NCBI RefSeq assembly: GCF_964204865.1
Contig: NC_135257.1
Coordinates: 22,072,001-22,136,000, forward strand
From: Styela clava
Lineage: Eukaryota
Length of the DNA stretch: 64,000 nucleotides
Reading direction: 5' to 3'
Of this stretch, positions 38,751 through 50,412 are shown piece after piece. The translations under genes and the position numbers were made by a program. Positions within the stretch are counted from its first letter, which is position 1. Every line of letters begins with the position of its first letter. The notes beneath the pieces were generated by a model. That model did no database searches, was not told where the DNA came from, and saw only the letters and a list, made by a program, of their open reading frames with translations.

Positions 38751-41700
38751 AGGGGGGGCCTGTCTTGGCGCGCTTACCTGGACAGCAGACAGCTGGTGTC
38801 GTTTTGGGCGTCAAAACCCCGCTGCAGTCCGTCTAGTTTGGGGGAGACCCTCCCGCCGCATTGAAACACAAAGAGAAATAACTTCGGACCCAGCAGATTT
38901 GGCATCAAAATAAAACTCGGATCTATCGGATATAGCATTGGAAAACTTGGAATGCACAAACAAAAGAAATAGGCAGGACACCTTCTCATCCGAAGCCTCC
39001 ACGTCAACCCAGAAAGAAAAGAAAGAAACAAAACACCTGGTAAAAAAAAGAACATACGTGAGTAACCTCTTTTCGAACAGTAAAACTTTAGACTCGTGAT
39101 GAAATTATTAGAAAACTGGTAATACCAAAACGCTTACCACAACTCCTAGTATAAATCCCCTAATAACTGCAGTTTTCCATGATGGCTGGCTTAAAGATAA
39201 TTTCCCTAAATGTCAATGAATTGCACAACACCAACTAAATAGGGTTGGTAACTTTTTAAGACATGGAAACCCTGATGTACTGTGTATCCAGGAAGCTCAT
39301 AGAGCTGATAAGACCTTTGTATGGCGGTGGGCACATGACCGGAATGTCATATCCATTGTAATACCCTGAATAGGGAGGACAAGCACTCCTCACAGTTTAG
39401 GCAAGGGACCGCAATCCTCATAAAGCACGAAATCGCAACACCACCATCCCCATTTACAATACACATCCAGCATAGATGTGATAGTATTGAGGTGGAGCTG
39501 GACAATCGCATAATTAAGATCTTCAACGTGTACGCCCCAGCAAATAATGGACCCCAAATGACGGACTTTTTCAAACACCTAACTAACATTTTAACCAATT
39601 ACTGTGATTCGGCTGAAATAATAATTGTCGAATATTTCAATATAGTATTGGAAATTATTGATGTAATAAACGATAAAAACTTCAAATTGCAACCCCCTGG
39701 GAAACTTTTTAAGAACTTTATTCAGCGCCATAATATATTAGACACCTTTAGAAAAAAGTATCCGTTTAAACAAATTTTTACGTATCATCGTAACAAGCAA
39801 GGCCGTAGGATTGACCAGATATACCACTCATATAATTTAGAAGACGTAATTTCCGAATTAACTCACGTCCCGAATACTATCTCGGATAATATACTTTGCC
39901 CCCAAATATCCTTAGAGAAAATTAAAAAAGTTCGATGGGGCCGAGGAACATGGAAAAGCAACACCTCCCTATACAGAGATAAAAATTACATAAAAATAAT
40001 AGAAAACACTTACCAGGAGGCAATAATGGATATGGAAAAATTTAGTTACATACAAGAATGATGGGACATGGTGAAAAGCAGGATCAAAAAACAAACTATA
40101 GAATATTCGAAAACCCTAAAAAGAAACAAAATGAACAATTCGATTTGATTACGGAAACATCTGGACAAATTAATAAATGAGGGAAAGAAAGAAAATTTGG
40201 TAGAAATTAAAAGATTAAAATCTCAACTTATGATATATCAAGAAGAACAGAACGAACGGGATATTATAACGGCTAACATGGAGAACCTTGAACAAGGTGA
40301 AAACCCGACTAAAACATTTCACGACGAAATTCGACAAAGAGCAAAACAAACCACCATCGAAAAACTCAGGGACGATAACGATTGCATGGTAACCGAGGAA
40401 GGGGAAATTATGACTTTGGTGGAAAATTTTTATGCCGATTTATGGGGGGAGGAAAATTTGATACGAGAAAAAACCAAAATTACTACCTATCTTTGATGGA
40501 CTCTATAATTGTTACGGAGGAAGAAAATCTCATTCTAGAACAAAATATCACACAGGGTGAAATACATAGGGCAATAAAATACATGAAAAATAATAAATCT
40601 CCGGGAATGGTTGGATTAGGTAAAAAATTTTATTTGACTTTTTGGAACTGCATAAAAAAGGAATTTACTCAAATGATCAACCACATATTTAATTTCGGCA
40701 ACTTCCCAAATCTGCAATCACAGCAAAGGTTAAGTTATTATATAAGAAGGGTGACAAAACGTATCTCAAAAATTGGAGGCCCATCACTACATTGAACGTA
40801 GATTACAAAATTGTATCTGAAATTCTCATTGAAAGATTGGAACCAAGGTTAAACAAAAAACATCTCAGGGGCAATAGTACTTATCGACAATCTAAAGGCA
40901 TTTGATAGGGTCAATCACAACTTCTTGTTCAAATTACTTCAGCGGATAGGACTCGGACAAAGATTTTTAAATGTAAAAAGAGACATGTATGGCGGCATAA
41001 AAAGCGTCATAGACGTGAATGAAAGGCTGTCAAACGAAGTAGGCATAGAGCAAGGCATAAGACAAGGATGCCCCTTGAGCATGTTGCTCTATGCACTGAA
41101 TTCGGAACCGTTGGCAAGATCGGTACATCGAAACGGCAACATGAGAGGGATAAGACTAGGTAAATATGAATATAAAATTGATCAGTATGCCGACGATATC
41201 ACTATAAACAATCAGGGACCAGTAATCAATACCGGAAATATTTCGAGAACTAAATAATTTTAAATTGGCAGCTGGGCAGAAAATTAATATTGATAAAACT
41301 GAAAAATACTTTGTATTACAAAAACCGCGCATGATTCCATAAATAATTCGACATACCAAAATTACATAAAAAACAACACCCGGATACTTGGCATAAATTT
41401 TGGAGATAAGGGACAAGAAAAAATTTGGCAAGATATCGAATACAGGCTACAAGGAATTTTAATCACGTAAAATTGCGGAGCCTTACCTAGTTTGGAAAAT
41501 TAATCGTAATCAATGCGTTAGTCATGTCTATTATAATTTTCCATGCCCGAATCAAGTGTATCCCTAGTAGAATAATAACTAGAATCCATAGCGCATGTTA
41601 TAAATTTTTATGGCATCCACAACGAATAGAAGCGGTGGGTAGAAAGACCCTACGGAATAGTTGGGAAAACGGGGGGACAAACATGTTTGATCTCCAGGCA

Positions 41701-43006
41701 AAGATTGAAGCATGCCTAGTTGAAAGGATTCGGGACCTCATAAGCAGAACAACGCCAACTCAGTTTTGGCACTTTGAGGCCCTATACGCCCTGGGTTCGA
41801 AAATAAATGCGGTAAACAAACATCTATATACCAACTCGATGCCGCACAGCAGCGATGTCCCAAAAATGTGGTACAATACTCGAGGTATTTAAAGAGGTCA
41901 ATTATACGCAAGCGGAATGGGAGACGGCTCGCCACAGGGACGCCTGTACGCGAGACTGAAGAAGAAACACCCAGACCAACAACAATCGGACCTAAACTGG
42001 AAAGAAATTCATTTGCTTACGAACACATATAGGACCAAATTTTCAAATATCGAAAGAGTATTTTCATACCGGATTTCAATTAACGGGTACATCTTTGGAG
42101 ACAAAATGCGGACAATGGGACTTAAGGATATTAAGTTGGAAATTTTGCAAGATTAATACAGACAACACTAAACACATCTTCCTCTCCTGCGTTAAAATAG
42201 CCAAATATATCTCGGACATCACTGAAGCCTTAAACCAAATTTGTCGTAAAAATATCATAATAACCCCGAAAGAAATAGTGTATAATGGATATCAAGGGCC
42301 CCATCAACTTATGGTAACAAAATCTTTTGTGCTACTGAAAAAAAAACGTAATACAAGAAAAAATAAAGATGGAGATAAAAGACAAATACATGGACCCCGA
42401 AGAGGACACAATTTTGGCCACTACAATAAGAAACATTACAGAATTTATCACAATTATGGGATATAAATTTGGCGATGTACATTTTTTGGAACTGGTAGAC
42501 AACTGGAAACACATTTTAAACGGTTATGCAACAAAATATTAACTTCATTGTTCGAAACTAGGTAATAGCAATATCATCTCCAACTACCATAAGTGGTAGC
42601 CCGAATCAATAACCAAAACGGCCAGAAAAACACAATTTTTTTACCTCGAGGATACCATCCGATACAGCAGAAGTGATGAATCGGGAGCTTCTCGGTGAAT
42701 GTCGTGCTGCGTTATACGCGGTATGTACGGAAGCTGGGGTGGCCGAAGCTGTGCCCTGCCGTGCATGGCATGGACGGAAGCCCCACGTTGAAAAATATGC
42801 ATTGCATACGTAGAAGCCTGTGGTGGAAGTCTGTGCTTTGCAGATGCGCGGCAGATACTGAGGCCCCCGGAAGTGTATGACTACTGCATGCAGTAGAATG
42901 CTTATGAAGCGATTGACCAATAAAACTCGGATATGACGTGTCTTCAAGACACTGATCCGAGTCTGGAAAACTTCTGATCCGCCAACAAAAAATAAAAAAT
43001 AAAAAA
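38751..43006 (+). mobile_element. L1/Tx1-type LINE E4: ORF1 C-terminal fragment, frameshifted near-full ORF2 (39184-42543), 3'UTR, A-tail
   Basis: MAGLKIISLNVN, NVYAP, RIDQIY, WGRGTW, KSPG, NWRPITLLNVDYKI, GIRQGCPLS, QYADD, CKFC-like finger. Clearly diverged from E1/E2. Confidence 0.88.
42667..42982 (+). ncRNA. Box C/D-like RNA module M4 (3' end of E4)
   Basis: GCAGA-a-GTGATGA (42673-42679) ... TT-CTGA (42974-42977)-TCCGC; canonical-looking k-turn hairpin at 42925-42962. Confidence 0.65.
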
Positions 43007-43009
43007 CTG

Positions 43010-43151
43010 ACATAGCAGTCCCCCAGGTAAATTTATGAATGTTGCGTATGCAACAATATGCTTATGAAGCGTAATACCGCAATGCCTCGGACATGACGTA
43101 TCGTTGTGCTACTGATCCGAGACAGAACGTACTCTGATCCGAAAAAAAAAA
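43010..43151 (+). mobile_element. L1/Tx1 tail-only fragment E5
   Basis: Shares ATGCTTATGAAGCG, the k-turn hairpin and the CTGATCCG-poly(A) end with E1 and E4. Confidence 0.7.
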
Positions 43152-43189
43152 TCATGGGCTACTTACTCTCCATACAAGGTGCGAGTCGT

Positions 43190-44298
43190 CGGTTGTAACG
43201 TTTGGAATCCATACTTTGTTTTATTGGACACGTTTAGTGGACATAACGATCGTTTCAATATTATGTTGTTGGACACGTAGTGGACATAACGATCGTTTCA
43301 ATATTATGTTGTTCTTGTTGTTATTTGACACAGAATAACACACCTAGTGGAAATATTAAAAAACCGCTTTTCTCTTCGAATACTGGACCAATTGCTTTGA
43401 AATTTTCAGTGGTTGAAGATAAAATTTTTCCCCAGAAGGCTATTACTTTTATTCAGTTTAAATATTTCTGTTAGCTCTGTGAGATTTGTTTTTGTTTGCT
43501 ATGACGTCATTAAACGTTCTGCGGACATCGGACGCCATTTTGTGTCCTACTGTACTGCTGCGCTTGGTGTGAATATATTTTTAGACTGTGATCTGACGGT
43601 ACGGTACACCGTACTGTACTGCGAACAGACGTGTCCATATATTTGGGCTTAGCTCTCTTGTTGGACACGTAGTGGACATAACGATCGTTTCAATATTATG
43701 TTGGTCTTGTTGTTGTTGTTCTTTGACACTTTTTGAACATCTAGTGCAAAATCTAAAAAACCGCTTTTCTCTTTCATTGCTGGACCGATTGCTTCGAAAT
43801 TTTTACTGGTTAAAGATGAAATTTTTCTCCAGAAGGCTATTACTTTTATTTATTTCAAATATTTCTGTTAGCTCTGTGAGATTTGTTTTTAGTTTGCTAT
43901 GACGTCACCGAACGTTCTGCGGACGCATAGCCGACACTCCTCTTCTTTTTGATCACGTGCCATCGAACGTCGATGGTTCGTAACGAAGTCCTTACGGTAC
44001 TTTGCTACGATTTTTTCCTTACGCTGATCGACGGTACGGTAAACCGTACTGTACTGCGAACAGACGTGTCCATATATTTGGGCGTATCTCTCTTGTTATT
44101 GTTATTATTTGTCTCTATCATTTTTAAAAAATCGCTTTTCTCTTCCAATACTGGACCAATTACTTTGAAATGTTCAGTGGTTAAAGATAAAATTTTTCTC
44201 CAGAAGGCTATTACTTTTTTTTCCGCTATGACGTCATCAAAAATATTGCCATTGGGTGGCGCTACTTGTTCATATATTTGAGAATAGCTCTCTTGTTT
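43190..44298. repeat. ~390-440-bp tandem repeat (about 2.5 units), possibly internal repeats of a non-autonomous Helentron/HINE-like element
   Basis: GGACACGTAGTGGACATAACGATCG at ~43271 and ~43663 (variant at ~43226); ACTGTACTGCGAACAGACGTGTCCATATATTTGGGC at ~43612 and ~44048; units end CTCTCTTGTT. The tandem structure is directly visible; the TE class is inferred. Confidence 0.6.
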
Positions 44299-45281
44299 AT
44301 TACAGTGCTCGTATTTTCACTCAGCATTACGATACCGGTACTTACCTTCCGACCAAAGTTATCACCTGTGACATAGGTCGCCTCCATGGTAACCACTTGT
44401 AACTGCACACATAGAACCCTCTTGCGGTGCATAATTTTGAAATCATATTTGTGCTGTATATTTGATGATAAATGTACTAACTTATATTTATGTAAAGTGT
44501 GAATATTACATTGTTCTGCACGAAATGCATTCATTGCGAATTGCTTATAATACATAACAATGCAAAAAAAAATAAAAAGTAGCTACGGATAATTCACGAA
44601 GATTTAAACTTCCAAGTTTCCCTGGCTAGGTTTCCTTAGGGTTATCAAAATTATCTTTATACTGGAGTCGCACTTAAATTTTAGTCTTATCTGAGTCGTC
44701 TTTCGATTCGCTCGGAGCGTGGCAAATTACTTTGATTGCGCATGGTTTAGTGTGTGTTATTTTACAACAATAGAATAGTTTAAAAAAAGTGTTTTTTCTT
44801 CCATCTCATTTCAGTGACTTATTTTCTGAAGTTCAACACTAAATTCTATTTTGCTAAGTGCTTCGTATTTTTTTATAATGAAAACAAAACAAAATTGTCT
44901 ACGCAGGCCCTATCTCCCTCAGTCTTCCTATCCTATACCACCTCAACCTTCTTACAGGCTTTGCTCAGCTCGATTCATTTGAGAAACAGACGTGGAGGCT
45001 AAATTTATTTTGTTATATTTTTCCTTTTCGAGTTTTTAGAATAGCGTTAATCAAACATCAAAATCTCTGAATTTCACCACCATATTTTCATAATGCAAAG
45101 TAATCAACTGGTAAAACGAAACAATCTGACAGATAAAACTATGTAAACAACTGAACTTTATTGTTGTAGAATGTTCGCTATTTTTATTCAAACTCTTGAT
45201 AAATTTTCGACATCAATTTCAAATTGGGATTCAATGATTTATATTTCACTGATGATAGAAATACAACCAGACAGACGTTTA

Positions 45282-48200
45282 TTAGATCTGGATCTCACAT
45301 ATAACTCCATGAAATCGCCGGAGGGGAACTCTAACATGCCCCCAGGTAGGATAAGTATTCTCCATCCCTTGCAATCTCGAGTTAGAATCAACATAGAGAT
45401 AAACATTTGTGTAATCTTTATAATCAATTCCAATGAGTGGAAAGCCTTGCCATTTAATGAATGAATCTGCAGGTGTGACGTCACGGGTCTGAAAACAAAG
45501 AATAAAAATGTTTACATGAAGATTATTATTGGATTATGCTTGATCAACTCTCATTAGTTTGTCATTTATGTGCTTTCAAGCTTCATGTTCGTGGGGTTTC
45601 GCAATTATTGTAAAAACTAAAGTCTGATTGGGATATTCGTTACCACTTTGTAGACGCACTTCAACTGCATTTAGAAGTTCGTCAAATGTATTTAGCATTT
45701 ACCTACTTTATTTGGCTCACATAATTTCATTACAACCTCGAGAAGAGAAAGACCTTTACTCAAACTGTATTGATGCGCACAAAGACTGCGACTGGTAATA
45801 ATGTCAATGGGTGTCCTACACTTCACCCGTTTGTTTACAGATCCCTATATTTATACGAGTATGAATAGACAGCCATAAGACACTAACCATTGGATCAAAA
45901 TGAATTCCTGTCCATATACTAATATGTGATAGTCTTTTTGGAATCTTCTTCTTCAAGTATTTCATAATCGCATTGTAAGATTCTTCATTTCGGATCGAAC
46001 CAACATCCGCGTTACGTTTCTTACAAATATCAACTGCTTTGTTGTAGTCGACGTTCAATTTAATTTGTATCAAAGCAGAATAACAGATATTTCCGATCTT
46101 CAACTCGCAGTTTTCTAAAACGCAAGAAATTTTATTTGCAGTTTTACAAAAGCAAATATTTTGCCGGCACCGATGAACGTGCAGTTTTTGCCACTATAAA
46201 TACTTTCCATATCTAATTTACACATTGTGAATTTCACCAGACTTCACAATAGGTGTCTGCTCAGACCTCTTCTTAGAGCACAGATCGCTACGTTTTGGAA
46301 AAAGTAAATTAATTTTGCCAACTATAGACAAACTCTTACGACAGTTATGAAGTTGGTGTTACTGTGGTATTCTGAACAGGGATGTGCAGGTAAGAAAATT
46401 CACAATCGACTGCAGGGTCAAAAAATATTTGACTTTGAGCATAGAATTTCTGATCCCGAATTTGGGGAACGCTGATAGTTTAAAATTTTTCATCGAGCCC
46501 TGGCTCCAGTGGAATCGAGGTCGACTTTAAATTTCTGAATGAGATCTTCACTGCGCCACTGACTATGAAGGTTTACCTGGAGACGGGGTCTGTTTCAATG
46601 TTGTTTTAGTTGTTGTCGTTGGTCTCTGTTGGTTTCTAGATCGAACCTGTTGAGGCTTCTCCATTGCAGAGATTTTTTGTTCAATCCGCTCCATTGCTGA
46701 AGAGAAGAATATACGTAACTTAGAACAGCGTCTATGTCAAGCATTACCGAAAACAAAATGTTGTCAGTGGCACAATGGCCAATTTGGTTGCAGGAACTTG
46801 TAGCCAACTTTAGCACAAGTTTTAGGGTCCATCTGTACTAACATTAGGGACATCCGGTGCGCCATTATGTTGTAAAACTTTGAATTATTAATTTGGAATT
46901 CTTAGCATGATTTTATTTTATCAGCTAAGGTACATTTGCTGAGCTATATCTGCGTGATTTACCTTTTTTCATCTCATTGTTTGTTTGCTTCTGTTCGTCC
47001 AATTTTTCCGAAAGCTGGTTGTTCATCGTTTCAAGTCTGACCAAATCTAATAAAAAAAGGTCACATAAAGCGTTGGATGTCTGTGAATGCAAATCCTACT
47101 TACCTGATAATCACATTTTCTAATTCAACTCGGATTCATTCGTTATACAGATTTGGAATCCTGTGTAGCTTGGTACTGTTCCTAGTGTTGGTCTCGACTG
47201 CGGATTTTTCGAGTTTGTATGTCAAACCCATAGAACACGTTTACAACAGTGAAAAAGAATTACAATTACACGGGATCAAATGTCATATTAAAAAACATTG
47301 CACAAACCTTTTTTCAAATCCACGATTTCGGCAGATTGCTCTGTATTTTCATTCTGTATCTCGCGAATTTCTGCGTGGTATATATAGGTAAAAATAAATA
47401 ATCTTGTCAGTAAAAACTAAGCATTAAAACAAGATTTCAAGTAGATTTTTCAAATCCAACCTCTTACCCTAATGTTCCTATGCCAACTTTGGTGAGGAGC
47501 ATACTCCATTGAAGAAAGTCCGATAACGACTATTTGTGTCATTAATACTAACTTGAAATTTCTTTCGCAAAGCTCCGAATGCTTTTCATTTTCACTTCTA
47601 CGTTTTCTTCCAACTCTTTGAATTCTGATTTGACGTTGCTAATATCTGAGTGAAATGAAGTAAAATAAATTTAACATATTGACAAATTTTCAATTGCTCG
47701 AATGAATACCAGATTAATTCAGAATTTTGGCGATGGGCATTTACGCTTCATGGTAGTTTATGATAAGTTTGGCATGTTTTGATATAATTTTAGTGGTTGT
47801 GACATCCGTATTTTTTTCGCTCAAGTAGTCAATGGTAACATGGGATTACATAATCATCCCGAAATTTCCAAGGGAGAGGAAAGCCGATGAAACAGATTAA
47901 AAACATTCCGAACCACGACCTTTCGTCTAGTACCAAGTCCATGTAGAGTATGAAATAAGTTACCTAGTTGTTTGTTTTTGGATGCATGGACTTGATAGTG
48001 GAGGAAGTCGTAACCGACTAGCGGTTACGTGAAACACCCTACGAGGAAGAAGAGTCCTACAATCCTCTCGCACATAGCTATCTCCCCATTGAATTAGAAC
48101 CGACGAATGGTAATACGAGGTGCGGTGGCGAGCGTATTCCTATCCAAACGCTATTTATTCCTTAGCCATCGTCTTTTTTCATAAAAATAAAGTTACACAA

Positions 48201-48651
48201 TAAGAATTTTTTCAGTAATAGAAAACGTTTTATTTAACCAAAATAGTCAGATCTTTCGTCAGCGTGTCCTTTTTTTGATTGGATTTACTGAGCATGGCAT
48301 TCTATGTAGTTATTAACAGTCATGGTTGGCGGCCTAGGATATTTGCAAGGACACTTAACAAGGCTTTATCATGAGTGAGAACTACTTGCCTGAAGTATTT
48401 CTAGATATAATTGGAAGCAAGTCTTTATTATTTCCGGACTTTGTCGTTTTCTTTGATTTGCATGTAATGGGGAATTCCTTGTCATGTAGATGTTCATTAA
48501 TGTTGAAGCCTGGTCTGTCCCAACCTACAGCAACAGGATCACATTGTGCGATCTGGCAACCAGGCTTGGGAGAGCAGTGAAACACTGTTTCATCCTGACA
48601 CCAGGATTTATTGATGACGTAGATTAAGATGAAAATGACTGATGTTTTCAT
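45282..48651 (-). CDS. Secreted coiled-coil C-type-lectin-domain protein, copy 3 (diverged paralog, 7 exons, 351 aa)
   Basis: Exons 48651-48390 (GC donor CAG|GCAAGT), 47645-47553, 47370-47308, 47046-46963, 46696-46577, 46114-45888, 45488-45282; total 1056 nt, open frame. AATAAA overlaps the stop and recurs at ~45157-45162. Confidence 0.85.
47870..48172 (-). mobile_element. tRNA-SINE copy in intron 1 of lectin copy 3
   Basis: Colinear with 49195-49259 + 50413-50660 and with the 22.6-kb and 52.1-kb copies. Confidence 0.65.
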
Positions 48652-49259
48652 ATCGAGGTTTTAAGGTATTTACGTTATAACTGAATGATTCAAATTGTTT
48701 GTGTTTATTTCAACTTATAACTCTGGAATATGACAGGAAATGCAGCAAGTTTTGTTCAAACTATGAGCTTGCTGCTGTTTTAAATGACGATACTCGTTAA
48801 CTCTTTAGTTGTTCTAAAACTTAAAAAACATTTTTAGGAAATTTTGCTCAAATAAAGCTCACGAGATTACTTTCGAAAGCAAAGTTTACAAATCTCTAAG
48901 CAAAATTGCGTGCGACCGTTGAAGTGCCAGGGGTCACTGAGATGATAAAATAGTTGAGCAAACAATTACGATGAAATCTGTGTTTGAAGGCTAAATGTTT
49001 CAAAATGTATGTATTGCTACTATTTCAAGTAAACTTTCGTTCTGTTAATATCCAATGATACGAATTCATTTCTAATTGGCTTTATCGCAATTTGATGTTA
49101 CATTTACCTGTCGATAACGTGGTTCAAGGTATATGTGTTGATTGGATTGTTTTGCCTAGTTGGATTGGATTTACATTGTTACCCATGGGAGAGATTGAAG
49201 CAGATGAAACGACTTAAGAATATGGCGAACCACGGCCTCTCGTCCGGGTACCAGTCCAG

Positions 49260-50412
49260 GGGCGCCATTCGCCAAACTTCTTTATCGTTTAACGTGTTAG
49301 TAAAGCACCAATTTTCCCGTAAAAGGCAAAAATGGTATTCTCGAAGTGTCGTTAACATTCGAGAGAATTTTTTGCGCGCCAAAACAGGCGTCTCGTAAAA
49401 TGCCTTCTTCTCTCATTTTCCCGATAATCGTATTCACCATAGTTCTTCAACGCGTCGGAGTGCTCGCAAACTAACGAGAGGAACATTTTACTCGTTAACA
49501 GTAGTCTGGCCTGTTTTTAGCATTGAAAAGGTAGAATGTATGTGTGTTTATTTGTAACAGTATCTACATAATAATAAACGGTATAACTAAGACGGGATAC
49601 ACGTTCAATACCCTACTGACCCAAGACAAGTATGTGCGACATGCACCCCAACAAATGCTGTTGTGTTTGCACACAAAAATTGGTATCAAAAATTTCTAAA
49701 TGCCTAACTTAGGTAAGAGTGACTGTAATCTAGTAGCTGTGGACCCACCTATATATGCCAACTAACAGCGTGCCTTCATCAAATATGGGATTACATATTC
49801 ATCTATATTGTTGTCTGTTACAGAAGTAGTTTAACAATATGTATCTCAAAATTTATTTCATTCATTCATAGATTACTGCTGTATTCCCCAAACTTTAAAT
49901 CACAGGCTGCAAAAAGTAAAACAGAGATCATTTGCAAAATAGGATTATCCGCGCCGGGCGGCTAGCGGCAGTGAGTGATACGGTTGAGTGATCATACAGT
50001 GGTTTTTGGGTGCTCCCGAAGTATGCGAACCAAGATGGCGGACATCGGAACGTAACAGGTTAGGGTTAGGCGATAATTTTTTTCCAATTTTCCTTATTTT
50101 AGTCCTATTATCAGTTCGAAGACGAGCCAAGAGCCTCTCGTAGTATTTATACCTAAAATTATGGCCTAACCCTAACCTAGTACACATATTACATTCCGAT
50201 GTCCGCCATCTCGGTTCGCATACTTCGGAGCCCCGGTTGTTGTTCAACGACGACCGTGCGTTGGATTTCGAGAGAACTTGCGTGACCGTGCGTAAAGTTT
50301 TTACAAGATGTTTCGTGAATCGCACTTAACGAGATTTCGTAACTGCGTTTTTGAGAGACAAGGTTACGTGCTCGTAAACGCGGCTTTTTACGAAGTTTGG
50401 CGAATGGGGCCC
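49260..50412. mobile_element. PIF/Harbinger-type non-autonomous element
   Basis: TIRs GGGCGCCATTCGCCAAACTTC / GAAGTTTGGCGAATGGGGCCC; 3-bp TSD CAG. Confidence 0.82.
50008..50234. mobile_element. Fold-back MITE nested in the Harbinger element
   Basis: Long inverted arms GCTCCCGAAGTATGCGAACCAAGATGGCGGACATCGGAA / TTCCGATGTCCGCCATCTCGGTTCGCATACTTCGGAGC with inner GGTTAGGGTTAGG / CCTAACCCTAACC. Confidence 0.8.

Noticed and set aside
35551-43121. SECIS elements (ATGA...GA cores in 3'UTR-like DNA)
   Set aside because: The upper helix is only ~5 bp, there is no apical AAR, and no selenoprotein-like ORF lies upstream; a generic k-turn fits better.
47098-47260. Extra coding exon in lectin copy 3 (strong CAG|GTAAGT donor at ~47103)
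   Set aside because: All three frames have stops shortly upstream of the donor, and the gene is complete without it.
50058-50180. Interstitial telomere (TTAGGG)
   Set aside because: Only about two units per side, arranged as inverted arms of a MITE.
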